Source of the DNA: Octopus vulgaris
Taxonomy: Eukaryota
Direction of reading: 5' to 3'
Assembly: GCA_951406725.2 (NCBI GenBank)
Contig: OX597821.1
Location: 12,028,001 to 12,092,000 of the forward strand
Length of the DNA: 64,000 bases
Made by a program: the position numbers and the translations under genes. Positions 25,343-39,600 of this stretch are shown one piece after another (within the stretch, counting starts at the first letter, position 1; every line of letters begins with the position of its first letter). The notes under the pieces are model-generated. The model ran no database searches. It was given only the letters and a program-made list of their open reading frames with translations, and was not told the DNA's origin.

Positions 25343-28339
25343 CCATCATTGTCATAATTATCATCATGTCATTGTCATCATCGTCACCAAAATCACCACC
25401 ACCACTACCACCACCACCACCTCAACATTCATCATCATCATTATCCTCCTCCTCCTCTTCTCATTATCATCATTATCGTTATCCTTTATATTGACGCCGA
25501 CGCTGTCCCTCTTCTCACCTCCTGTAGCTTTTCTCTCTCCCTATCGTCGTTTACACTGTCCTGCTCTTCTTCCACTGGGTCCTCTTATCTCATATCTCTT
25601 TCCTATCTATCTCTCGTTAACATATCCTCTGGCTTCTACCCCAACACTTTTCATTGTCCCAGCTTTTTCCCTACATTTTGTTACAAACGTTTATGCATTT
25701 TCTACTACTTCTTTCCTCCGGGTCTACTATGGACCTCAACTGTATTATTTTCTCGTTCCGCACTCACTGAAATGGTCGCTCATACATGCGCATGCGCAAC
25801 CGCACTCATGTACTAACCCCAAACTCCCTATTTGCTCTCTTAATCTAGCTCTCTTAGAGATCCGTAACAACCTTCCCTTACTTTGTAGTTCTTTTACTCC
25901 CCTCTCTAATGTTTAAGACCATTTCCCCTCCTGTGTTCTCAGCCTCTACCAGCGCGTATCCATATCTTCTATCTCATCTCTAGTCTTCTCAATGTGTCCA
26001 TCTATTAAAACCATATTCTTTTGGAGGTCTTATTTACATCGTTCAGAAACCGATGCTATCTTTCCCATTTTGGATTTCTTTCTCCAGCCACTCATTTACC
26101 GATTCTACGGCTCTTAGTTCTTACATTTCTTCCAATTCGGCTGCTTATCCTCCCATTCTAGAATAATCTCTTTCTCACTTGATTCCTCCTATAATTTTCT
26201 TCCTCGCTCTATTCTCCATACACTCCCAACGGCCCTTCATTCACAAAGATTTCTCACTTACTCACCTACTTCATTTAATTTGCTTTCTTTTGCTCCTTAA
26301 GCAGCAATTATTACCAACTTTTATGGACAGTTTATCCCTGACCATACTCAAAATTCTTTACAGATTAACAAGTGATTTTCATTTAGTTATGCGCCGCGAA
26401 TCTATTTCGCTATCATCCACCCGTCTCTGATTTAATTAGATTTTTCTACCCGGCAGGCTTTCTATTGTCTTTAATAATACAATGTTGACCTCGACTCCTA
26501 TTCTGTTGAATAACTCTTTGTCTTCTAATAATACATACACGCCTTACACTCATTAAGAAACACATACACATTGAAAACGTGCAATACCACATTCATACAT
26601 ATACAGAGTGAAAGGCAGAGAAAAAGAGAAATTGAGAGAGGAAGGGAGAGATTCATACAATCACACATAACAATGCATTCATAAGGATTAGCTTTCTTTC
26701 ACTCATCCATTCACATATACATTCACCCACACTCTCTCTATATAGCTCTCGTTTATATATCTCTCTCTCTGTCACTCTCTCTCTGTCCTTCTTCTACAGC
26801 CATCAATTTGTATGTAATTATCTCTCCTTCTTTGTATTAACGAAGACTTCATTTGTGTTCCTCATCACTTGTCATTTTTTATCCCGCAAGTCTCTCATGA
26901 CTTCACGTTTGTGAAATATATGTGTTGGAGTGTATAGGTTTGAAGAAAAGCAGAGCTGGAAATGCTTAATCAATGTGTTTGCATAGACATAATGTCAGTT
27001 AGGAAAAAGAGCAGCTTGCCTTCTGTTAATCTTAATCTGTTTCTTTGACTTCATCGCACAAGCTTTCTCATTTTTGTCACAGTCCCAACGCCTTTTAGTC
27101 TTTCTTCCACTCCTATCATCCCTCCTCCTCTCCTTCTCCTCCTCCTCTCCTTCTCCTCCTCTCCTTCTCCTGCTCCTCTTGCTCCTTATCCTCCTCCTCC
27201 TCCCGCCCCTCGTGACTGGCGTCGTTGTTGTGTCTTACACTCAGTACCACCACTCTAATATTTCTCTGTGATGTATCGCAGGACATCGTCTTCACGACGG
27301 AACCAAACCGAACCACTAACATGCTACACCCCAACTCACACAAACACTCACACACACACACATACAAATAAATGCAAACACACACACACGCACACACATA
27401 CACACACACACACACACACACCATTACCCTTGTGAGTCAAGTCAGCTGAAGTCGCTTGGCACTTGCGCCAGCAGTGTATAACCAGTGAGAGAAGAGAATG
27501 GAATTAATAAATACTCAGTTGATTAATAACTAATGAAAAACTTTGAGAATTCCGTTAATTAAAATGCCCTATTAGCAATCAGTCTTGTCAGATGCACATA
27601 TCGAGGAAACTAGAAATTTGATTAAGAATACTAAAGCAAACAATAATACGAAATACCAACCATTCTAAACAGCATTATCAGGAACAGCATCATTGACACC
27701 AATTACTGCGAAGGTGTGATGGAAATCTCTGAGTCGTCTCTCGAGTTGCGAGTATCGGCAGGCATATTTCACATTAGTCATGGCCGATTAGTCCCTCACA
27801 TACAAAATATCGGTATGGTCAATGGTCCGCTAGAAAGAGCAACCAAATTATCAATCCAAACAGAACTTATTAGTGATCACTGTATTGTTACAGTGTAGTC
27901 AATGTATAGTTATCATCCTGTTAGAAGTAGTAGTGAATCTTGCCTCCAATAAGATCATATATGAATTGTCAGGCCTACGAGTTGTTATCGCAGGACTTTC
28001 TTCTCAACAAAGTTTGATATTGCGCTATACAACAAGATGAAGATAAACAAAAGCTCGAGTGATTTCTTAAGCGTAAACGTTACAGTATTTGGTCAAAGGG
28101 AAGGCAGATGTTACATTGGTACCTTTCCTGATATATTTAACAACGAAAATAAATAAAAAAAAAATTGTAAATAGAAACCAAATTCATTTTGTATTAAAGG
28201 AGAGTGAAAGAGCGAGAGACCTATATATATCTACATATACATACATACATGCACACATACATGAATATATGTATATATAAATATATATATACATATACGA
28301 TATATATATACACACACACATATATATATGCTCTCGTTT

Positions 28340-28551
28340 TAATATTTTTCTTATTTCAGTCATTTGACGGCATCCATGCTGGAGCGCCACTTTTAGTCAA
28401 ATAAATCCATCGCAGTACTTATTCTTTGTAAGCTGAGTACTTATTCTATCGCTCTTTTTTGCCGAACTGCTAAGTGACGGGGACGTAAACACACCTACAT
28501 CAGTTGTCAAGCGACGGTGGGGGAACAAACACAGACATAAACAACAAACAA

Positions 28552-28587
<36 letters not shown>

Positions 28588-28912
28588 AAAGTTTAGGAAA
28601 AAAACAAAAGACGAAGACAGGTGGTGTACAAAACAAACAGATGTATTAGTGTAACACTCAGGAATAGAAAAGGTCTTTTACTTTTCGAGCCTACGCTCTT
28701 CTACAGAAAGATACACAGAAAAAACAAGGAGAGAAACAATGTGTGTAGTGGCTATCCTACGGGCTTCTTTCTGTTTCCGTCTACCAAATCCACTCTCAAG
28801 ATTTTAGTCGGCTTGAGGCTGTAGTAACTGACACTTGCCAAATACGCCACGCAGTGGGACTGAACCTGGAAACATGTGGTTGGGAAACAAGCTTCTTACC
28901 ACACAGCCACTC
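28340..28912 (-). mobile_element. SINE family C with an insertion in its internal microsatellite
   Basis: Tail 'tttcagtcatttgacggcatccatgctggagcgcc' and head '...gggactgaacctggaaac...ttaccacacagccactcc'. Interrupted at 28585-28755. Confidence 0.88.
28585..28755 (-). mobile_element. Penelope-like terminal fragment with a minimal hammerhead-like motif
   Basis: Minus strand 28711-28674 reads TCTTT-CTGTAGA-A-GAGC-gtag-GCTC-GAAA-AG-TA-AAAGA, with stem I TCTTT/AAAGA and stem II GAGC/GCTC. The 3' end abuts (TA)n. Confidence 0.55.
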
Positions 28913-29653
28913 CTTCATTTGTATGTGTGTGTATGTGTATAAGCCTTTATCTATATACACACGCATATTTGTACATATCCTTGTACACATGAACAAAATA
29001 ATTCACAGGAGTGTGCGCATTCTGTCGCTTATACTCACGCAAGCGCACAAAGATGTGCGTGTATATTTGTATGTGCATCTATTCGTGTACTTTATGTAGT
29101 ATATATGCATGTACATACATGCGTTAGTGTGTGTGTTGCGGCAGTTCAAAGCTAGCTAAGAATTTTGCATTGCAGTTATGAAGCTGAGGATTTAGTCAAC
29201 TTGGAAGAATATTTTTTTTAAGCACAACCTCCTCTCTTTCTACGTGACGCTGTGGGAAGATAATCTATGGGGAAATAGAAGATTTAATTAATACAAACGT
29301 TATTTCAAGGTGCGCCTTGTTATATGTAGTATCTGACGCTGCTTTATTCTGTGCATCAAGGTAAAAGGTTATGTGTGTCCGGAATACTCGACCACTTATA
29401 GTCTAGTTTAGTTTACAAGTAATTAAACTTATCATACACATGATTGTTTATTGTTAAAACCGATAGTGGATCTTGTATATACACGCGTATAAACATATAT
29501 GCATACATACAAACATACATACATATATGAATACATACACACATTATGCTGCTGTGTACATATATACACGCATGCAGATATATATGTTCACACACAGAGA
29601 CTCAGACACACATACAAACACACAAGCATACACACACATACGTACACACCCAC

Positions 29654-29689
<36 letters not shown>

Positions 29690-30047
29690 GCACAGAATGA
29701 TATCTGTATAGGAATATACGAGTGTTTATAGCTATGTTTATATTTGTAAATATGCCTATTAATGTACAATTTTATATACACACACATATGTGTGTGTGTG
29801 TGTATGTGTCTGCGTATATACATCTATGTCTATCTTATTCTATCTATCTATCTACCTATCTATCTATCTATATGTATACACACACACACTCACACATATA
29901 CACACGTACATACAGACGCACACGCACACACTCGCACACGCACGCACATACACATACGCACTTATACATATTAGCATCCATGGGCCTGTGTAAATATAAA
30001 AGCAGCTGATATAGTTACTGATACGTACGTGCATACACGCGCAAACC

Positions 30048-30118
<71 letters not shown>

Positions 30119-30617
30119 CGGGTATTCCTAAATGTATGCATGCTTGTGTGAATGACGTTCAAAGACGTTATCATTACCACCACCTTCTGCACCTGTCATG
30201 TCTGTTGCCATCAACGTTAACCAATAATTATACCCCGGAGAATTGTCAACAATAAAGTTACATCGTTAAATGTTTCGTCTTGCCAGCAGCAATCTTAACC
30301 ATGACATCATATGCACTACAGTTTGGGGAGTAAGATTTTACTGCTTCCATGTCTATCAACCTCCGCCGTTGAGGGCAACTTGAACAATAGTTACTTCCCA
30401 CGGGGATAATGTTAAATACCATTATAGACAGTAATGATTTTTCTAGGAGAGATGTGTGAAGGAGGTGGCCGGTGGGTAGAGGTAAGAGGTAAGACATGTG
30501 ATGAGAAGAGGGAGAGAATGAAGGGAGTGCAGTGTGTAATCTGACATTTTAAAGGCATTTTAAATAATACTATTGATAAGAATTTAATGTGTGCATGAGA
30601 CTGTCTGTGTGTTCGTG

Positions 30618-30619
<2 letters not shown>

Positions 30620-30651
<32 letters not shown>

Positions 30652-31050
30652 TGTATGTATGTATGTATGTATGTATGTATGTATGTATGTATGTATGTAT
30701 GTATGTTTGTGTGTATGCATGTATGCATGTATGTATGTATGTATGTATGCATGTATGTATGTATGTATGTATGTATGCATGCATGCATGTATGCATGTAT
30801 GTATGTATGTATGTATGTATGTATGTATGTATGTATGTATGTATGTTTGTGTGTATGCATGTATGCATGTATGTATGTATGTATGTATGTATGTATGCAT
30901 GCATGCATGTATGCATGTATGTATGTATGTATGTATGCATGTATGTATGTATGTATGCATGTATGTATGTATGTATGTATGCATGTATGTATGTATGCAT
31001 GTATGTATGTATGTATGCATGTATGTATGTATGTATGTATGTATGTATGC
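30620..31050. repeat. (GTAT)n/(GCAT) tetranucleotide satellite with an internal ~140-bp higher-order duplication
   Basis: The variant block 'gtatgtttgtgtgtatgcatgtatgcat' recurs at 30701 and 30841. Confidence 0.9.
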
Positions 31051-31218
31051 AAGCATGCCTGTATGTATATTTGCATGTGTGTTTGTGTGTGTAGGTGTAT
31101 AAATATATGCGTATGCTTGTATGTATGTGTATATGCATGTAAACATGTGTATATATTAAGTATATAGATAGGCAGATATAGATAGATAGATAGATAGATA
31201 GATAGGTAGATAGATAGG

Positions 31219-31322
<104 letters not shown>

Positions 31323-32047
31323 TAGTGTTCAAAATTATGTAACTGAAATTGGATATGTATTTATGTTCTAATCTGACTGCGTTGGTCATATTATCTATAA
31401 TACCATCTACGAACAGTTCGTTTAGTCTTCATACCGTGTATCCTAGTACATTTGGGCTTGTTGGTACATAGGATTTGTACGCAAAGGAGAACGAACATGC
31501 AATACTACAAAATAAGTAATCACAAAATATGTGAAAACAAGCAGAGAAATGCAAGAAAAATATTTCTTTTACATATCGTGGGATTTACATGTAATATCAT
31601 GATGTAAGAAAATAAAGAAAATCCCCTAAACTAATCATAGAACTGAATATAGTACCATTCACTGCCAACCACATCAACTCACAGCAATCTCATCACTGCT
31701 TAGTTTGTTACTGCTATAAATATTTTAATGAAAACAACACGCTTCTGGTATGTCTACATAACTATACTTGTTGACGCAGTTTGCTGACTTAAGTGTCTTA
31801 AACTCTAAAAGCAGGTGCTAAAAGAAAATAACAAAACACAAACCGGCAACAGAGTCATTGATGGGGTTTTTCGTTTGTAAATTGAAAATGGTAGATATTG
31901 CAGCCATATATTCTTTGCATCACATACTACAGTTATTACAATGAATGACATATTGAATAGTGTTAAGCTACATACTACATTTCAGCTAAACATGAAACAA
32001 AATCAAATCGAAAAGCAAAGCTAGACTCTCTTGTCTGAGGTAAAGTA

Positions 32048-32595
32048 TTGGGTTGTCCGGAAAGTTCGTACCGATTTTAAAGGAAAGAAAATGGTCAATA
32101 AATACTTGCCATTACATTTTTAATCAACCAAATATAAACCATTTTGTTGCACAATGCGTCTCCATCTTTCCTTTAACTTGAACACACCCTCTTCCCAGAA
32201 GTGAGGTGGTTTCATGCCAAAGAATTCTTCAAGGTATCTTTTTATATCATCCAAGGAATTGAAATTTTTACCATTAAGACTATTCTGCAGAAACCTGAAT
32301 AAGTGGAAATCCGAAGGAGCAATATCTGATGAATATGGAGGGTGAGGTAACACTGAGCTGCAGCAATTTTTGTCGTGTTCCCAAAGCATGAAGTGCCGAA
32401 AATGAACTTCCATTTTAAAGGGTTACAGAATTAACACAAGTAATAGAAACATAAGCCTCCTTCCACGAAAGGATAGCTTACACTGTGCTCGAAATGGAGG
32501 TGTAATCAAATCCTATTTTGTGGACTCAACCATGTTCTAAAATAAATCGAAAGATAAGCTATTATAAATCGGCACGAACTTTCCGGACAAACCAA
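32048..32595 (-). mobile_element. Internally deleted mariner (MITE-like) with both TIRs
   Basis: 30-bp TIRs ttgggttgtccggaaagttcgtaccgattt / aaatcggcacgaactttccggacaaaccaa, with TA on the left. ORF 32120-32413 joins the transposase N-terminus (HFRHFML) to the C-terminus (HPPYSSDIAPSDFHLF...ERWRRIV). Confidence 0.92.
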
Positions 32596-32862
32596 TTTAT
32601 AGGAGCTATTAGATTTTACAACACTTGTGCAACGCGATTGATAATATCTAACCAAGTTTATTGGGAAACTGCCACCTGTGTAAATTTTTGAGTAGCAATC
32701 CGCCGAAAAATTACATGCAATTTCTTTGGTAGTGTGGCCCACCTGACGATAGGCCACATCTCATGCGGCCCGTTCCTCGAAAAATGTTATCCATGTGTTA
32801 TCGAAATATTTGTAATAAGCAATTTATTACACACTTGTCCACCACATAAATACACAGACAAA

Positions 32863-32950
<88 letters not shown>

Positions 32951-33168
32951 ATAGGCAGGTTGGTAGGTAAGTGCATTGTTAGATAGGTAACTATGTAGGC
33001 AAACAGGTAGATAGAAAAATAAATAGAACAAGAGATTGTCAGTCGTGTTTTCCAGACATTTTTACTCTGTATTATGATTTCCAAGTAGAATCAGCGTGAC
33101 AGAGTACAACAATGTTAGATCATTGAAATACAAGTAAAAGTCCATCTGACAAGTTTCTACATAGTTTC

Positions 33169-33402
33169 TTATTTCTTTATTGCCCACAAGGGGCTACACA
33201 CAGAGGGGACAAACAAGGACATACAAACATATTAAGTCGATTATATCGACCTCAGTGCGTAACAGGCACTTATTTAATCGACCCCGAAAGGATAAAAGGC
33301 AATGTCGACCTCGGCGGAATTTGAACTCAGAACGTAGCGGCAGACGAAATACCGCTAAGCATTTTGCCCGGCGTGCTAGCGTTTTTGCCAGCTCACCGCC
33401 TT
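33169..33402 (-). mobile_element. SINE family A, full length
   Basis: The reverse complement reads 'aaggcggtgagctggcaaaaacgctagcacgccgggc...ctgagttcaaattccgccgaggtcgac...ggcaataaagaaata'. Confidence 0.92.
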
Positions 33403-34794
33403 CTATATATATATATCAGGCATATTTGAAAATGTCACTTACCCACGATGTCACACAAGTCGAAATCCTGTGGTGACAGTTAGAAAGATCGCTTTTCTTC
33501 TGTTCATCCATAATGATTCTTTGTCTTATATGTGTGGGTGTTCGTAGTGCGCGTACTTCTGTGTGAGCAAGTCTGTATTCACGAAAATTTGATGATTGGA
33601 TGGCTATTGGCCTTTCTTAGTACATGTTAACGCCAATAGAATTTGTCTCATCCCGCAGGTGATCCACAACTCGACCACCTCCTCAATCAGTCTTGGAGTA
33701 GTTGCGCATCTGGTCGAAGACAGATAACATATACATTCACTGTCGTAGTTTTATTGTCATCAACTACGCACATATATACGCACGCATACACGCGCGCGCG
33801 ACGTTCCATCCTTAGCTTCATGGCTCTAATGCAAAATTCTTAACAAGCCTTGAAAGTAAAACCTGCTTCAACGCACGCACTAACACAGGTACGCAATTAA
33901 CACTCCTCCACGTGCACATAACACAGGGACACACAAACGCGCGGGCGTTTCCTGATATATCCGTGTATACGTGTGCGTTTTTTATAGTTGAAGATATGCT
34001 TTTTTCGTGTTCACATGCATTCGTACATGAACAAGTGCACTCACAAATACTTGAACTTACACGCTCACGCATCCTACACAGAGACACACCCACACGCACA
34101 TGTATAGGCGGATACACATGGGTGAACAAAGATGCATTCATATTATGAATACAATGATACAGTGATACAAAAATCTCTTTAACGTTATCCTAAACCGGCA
34201 AACAAACCAACTTGGCTGAAACTCGACGAGCAATATTAATGTAAACCTTCTCTCCCCACTTCCTCGTACAACTATTATCCAGCACTCCGTTGTATTCATA
34301 AATCCTTCATCTACCAATCTCGCAAATCTTTTTTTTAATTACTAAGCTAATTAACTCGATGATTATTGGGTTACTTGTCTCGTCATTTCATACTTCCGTC
34401 AAACTAAATCATAACAGATATTGGAATTACATGGCTATTAAACATTTTCTTGTCGCCGATTTGCCGCTGCTTACATGGCGTCACTGACTCGACGCTGTCT
34501 ATTTCGACCACATAAGTTTTAACGTTTACCTCGTCTTACTGTGTCCTGCATTATCAGTGCGCTTGCGCGCGCACGTGTGTATGTAATCAAGCTTGCAAGC
34601 ACGCACGTACGCACGCACACCCGTTCACATATACACACCCACGCATGTAGTCCGATAATGGTGGCGGTGACCGATACTTCAAAGTCATATCAATGCTTTT
34701 CAATAAGTATAGTAAATTTGCACTCTCAAAAAGCATGGAATAACCAATAAGATATGAATGAAAATACAAAGTAACAATACATGTTGTTTTCTTC

Positions 34795-34825
<31 letters not shown>

Positions 34826-35039
34826 GCTTCTCCCTCTCTCTCTCTCTCTCTGTCTTTCTCTCTGTATATAGCCACATTTATAAACACCATTAAAGTGATA
34901 AGTAGTACCAACATTGCTAGAAATAAGAGTCAAAACGACACATTTAGCCACAAAATGCACTATCTTAATAAGTTGCCGAAATAGAGGAAGCGAGAAAGCT
35001 ATGTACTGTAGTGAGAAATGATCCCTACTGAGATAGCAG

Positions 35040-35970
35040 AATGGTCCGTTCCATGCTGTTTTTACGTTTTCGTTTCTCGTTGAGTTCTACGTCTATTTGT
35101 GGTGTCCTGTACACACGTATATATATTTATATATGCATGTATATATACATGCAGATGTAGGTACGTACATATATGTTTGTATGTATGCATATATTTTATT
35201 TATTGTATGACTGAGCGCCTTCGCGTCGATTCGATTCGATTCGTTTGGTTTCGTTCCGTTTCTTCTTCTTCTCTAAGCTGGTTTTGATATATAATTATGA
35301 CGCGAAACCCTATAACTCCTTCTTCTCTCTTTCTTTCACCCTCTTTTGCTTCCTTACTCTCTATCTCTCTCTCTCTCACTCCTCCTCATCTCTCTCACAG
35401 CCGGGTCTACGAACTTCCTTTCGCCAGCTGCCTTGTTCAAGTAAACATGTGTCTTCCTGCGCTCGTGAAAAAAAATTTTTCTTTCCTCGTCTAGGCTTTT
35501 AGGCCCTCTTTATTTGTTTTCCTGTCCTGTTTCTATTCCTTCTTGTACTGTATTTTTGTAATTGTATTTTATTTTGTATTTGTTTTTAATTGTATTGTTT
35601 TTACGTCCTGTTTTTGTCACATTTTTTTCCTTGTTTTTACCCTTCTGCAAAGGAATTTTATTTAATTCTTTCGCAGGAAGGACTGGTTCGAAGATACGTG
35701 TCTGTCCTCACCTTCGAAACACGCTGGAGTTGAACTAGGGACAGCTGATGAAGGGGATTTTTCCTTGTGTAGTGGTCTTGTACTCTGTTTTTTCGTTGTT
35801 AAAAAAATGGTCCGTTCCATGCTGTTTTTAAGTTTTCGTTTCTCGTTGAGTTCTACGTCTATTTGTGGTGTCCTGTACACACGTATATACATTTATATAT
35901 GCATGTATATATACATGTAGATGTAGGTACGTACATATATGTTTGTATTTATGCATATATTTTATTTATT
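35040..35970 (+). mobile_element. Retrozyme/Penelope-like non-coding element: 766-bp unit plus 165-bp terminal direct repeat
   Basis: 35040-35204 is repeated at 35806-35970 (offset 766, about 4 substitutions). Contains hammerhead core motifs at 35697-35756, has no credible ORF, and ends next to (TA)n. Confidence 0.7.
35697..35756 (+). ncRNA. Candidate non-circularly permuted hammerhead ribozyme
   Basis: CGTGT-C-TGTCCT ... CCTTC-GAA-ACACG ... GGGACA-G-CTGATGA-AGGGG. All three helices can form and both core motifs are intact, but the strand order is not a circular permutation. Confidence 0.5.
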
Positions 35971-36003
35971 ACACTATATATATATATATATATATATATA
36001 ATA

Positions 36004-36147
36004 GGTAAGGCCAGTTTATGGGACTACCCTGGGTTTCCCGTCCATAAAGGGTTTAGCTTTATTGTACATCGTCAGACCACAAAACCCGCTGCTCGAAGAC
36101 CTCTTCAAAACGGGAAACTCAGGGTAATCTCGTAAAATGGCCTTCCC
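36004..36147. mobile_element. Small MITE-like / fold-back element
   Basis: ~38-bp imperfect terminal inverted repeats ggtaaggccagtttatgggactaccctgggtttcccgt (36004-36041) / acgggaaactcagggtaatctcgtaaaatggccttccc (36110-36147). Confidence 0.65.
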
Positions 36148-36211
36148 CATTGAAATGTACACTGCTATACATCTTAGAATGTGCTTCTTCACCGGATTTA
36201 TGTTGTCAGCA

Positions 36212-36276
<65 letters not shown>

Positions 36277-36292
36277 ACACATTTAGGCAGAC

Positions 36293-36395
<103 letters not shown>

Positions 36396-36855
36396 ATCAT
36401 ACAGAGATACATACTTGCATACATACTTGTATATGTGCATGCGCCTGTGATTGTGTCTGACTGTACGAGTGTGAAATCTAGAGTTTGACTGTGTATCGCT
36501 TGAGCAGCGGAATAGCTTTGGCTAGCACCTCTATATGTAGCCTATAAAATATGAAGCCAATTTAAAATTGGTACTGTAGTCGATATAACTGACAAAATAG
36601 AAAATGAAAGTGGGGAGTATATGTCGCTGCTATTTGTGTCCCACGAGTCGCCTATACTAATTTATAGTTGCGAAATCAATGGTCATTGTTTGACAGGACA
36701 TACCTTGTAACTTCCTAAAAAATAAATTACTATTCTAATGCTTTAGAATGAATTACTGGCGATATATGTGTGTGTGTTTGTTTGTGTGTATGTGTGTGTG
36801 TCTGTCTGTATATGTGTGTGAGTATGTGCGTGTGCGTATGATGGAATATATATAT

Positions 36856-37459
<604 letters not shown>

Positions 37460-38851
37460 CACGAATAACCATACGCACACATACATTTTGACTGGGGCAC
37501 GGAGTTCAGATTAAGAAAGTGAGTGAAATACTAAAAGAAAGACAGAGACAGACAGTCAGTCAGAAAAGGATTTTGTTCGATCGATTGATTTCTAAAGGTT
37601 AGCAAGGATGACAGATACATAGATAGTTTAGCATGAAAGATGTGCAGTAAGAGTTAACGATCTTAAAGAGTAATAATAGATACAAAGAGAAATATCGATA
37701 GAATAATTGAGGCAACAAAGATGAAGGGAAAAAAAGATGTTGAAATAAATACCAGTATAAAAAGGAAAAAGTTTATAAAAAGAAGACAATCACAAGGAGC
37801 AGAAGGACTAAAGACAACGACAAACAGCAAGGAATTAGTAAAGATATCAGAAACGAAAGAACAAAATGAATCAAAGCAGAAGGAATGAGGCAAAGTAAGG
37901 ATGTCACAAATAAAAGAAAAGAAACGAGCAACGAAAGATATGCGAATGACGTCAGTCAGAATCAGTCACGTGAAAAAGAAAAATACGATAAACAATCCGA
38001 GCCAAATGTCAACCTGATTGAAAAGGAAATCTTGTGGAATTCGTTTGACAAATATGTTAATGAGCCTGCAGTTGGTCGCGCCTGCGCAAACAGTCTTACT
38101 TGCGTTATGCATGTGCGTAAACGCCCTGACGAATCTGTTTATTATTCATGTATATTTTGGGCGGTGATGGCTGTGTGTATGTGTGTCTGCATGTGTGAGT
38201 ACGTTTTCGCTTGTGTGTGTGTGTGTGTGCTTATTTCTGCATGCTCCTTTTGATGATAGTGAAATATCTATATTTGCAGCCTTCCGTTGTAAGGGGTTAA
38301 AGGTATTTGGTACACCGTATTGATAAACAACTTGAGACAAACAGAATATTTGCGCGTATGTATGGTTGAGTGCGCGCTTGTGTGTGTGTGTAATGTGCGT
38401 ATATATAAAGAGATATACGCAGAGATATATTGACTGACACACCGACAAAATCTCCCTCCTATGCACATTCACGCACGTGCGTGTATCTGTGCCCTAGTAT
38501 GAGTTCACGTGTGATTAAATATGTGTGAGAAATTACGAGTTGACTTTCCTTCTACCGTTTAAGCTACGGTATGGGTTTGCTTACGTCTCTGTAACTTAGC
38601 AATTAGGTTTTTACTATAGTATGCTTTTGTCACATAAACTCCAATATTCATTCATTATTTTTCTATACGCATTTTAAGATTGGTCTGGCATTTCAGGTGT
38701 TGTTTCATTTATTAGCGATTTATCTAATTGACTAGTGTATGACCTCTCACTTTCAGTGATTCTTTATGCCTGTGTGAGCATATACTCGCATGTATAAGTA
38801 ATATATCTACCTACCTACCTATATATATATATACATATATACATATATACA

Positions 38852-39308
<457 letters not shown>

Positions 39309-39387
39309 TGTATGTATGTATATATATATGTATGTATGTATATATGTATATATATAATCTTTCTTGGATTATGCCTATATGGATACT

Positions 39388-39600
39388 GGACGTCACAAGC
39401 GGTGCAAATAACATGAAACACGTAAACTAACGAGGGGAAAACGACTTAAATACGTAAACAACGAAAAAAAAATGAAGACTTATATTGTCGTTCAATGCTC
39501 GAAATGAATAGATAGAAAGTCAATAACAGATGAGGGGTACTTTCTCTGGGTTTTTTTTCCCGTTGTTTACGTATTTCATGTTATTTGCACTGCTGGTGCC

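Noticed and set aside
25170-25916. 248-aa ORF
   Set aside because: Low-complexity pyrimidine-rich and CAT/CAC repeat sequence, a non-ATG start, and no recognisable domain.
27100-27500. Possible promoter or first exon (CpG-richer, GC-box-like cccgcccc)
   Set aside because: No linked coding exon or other support; it cannot be distinguished from background.
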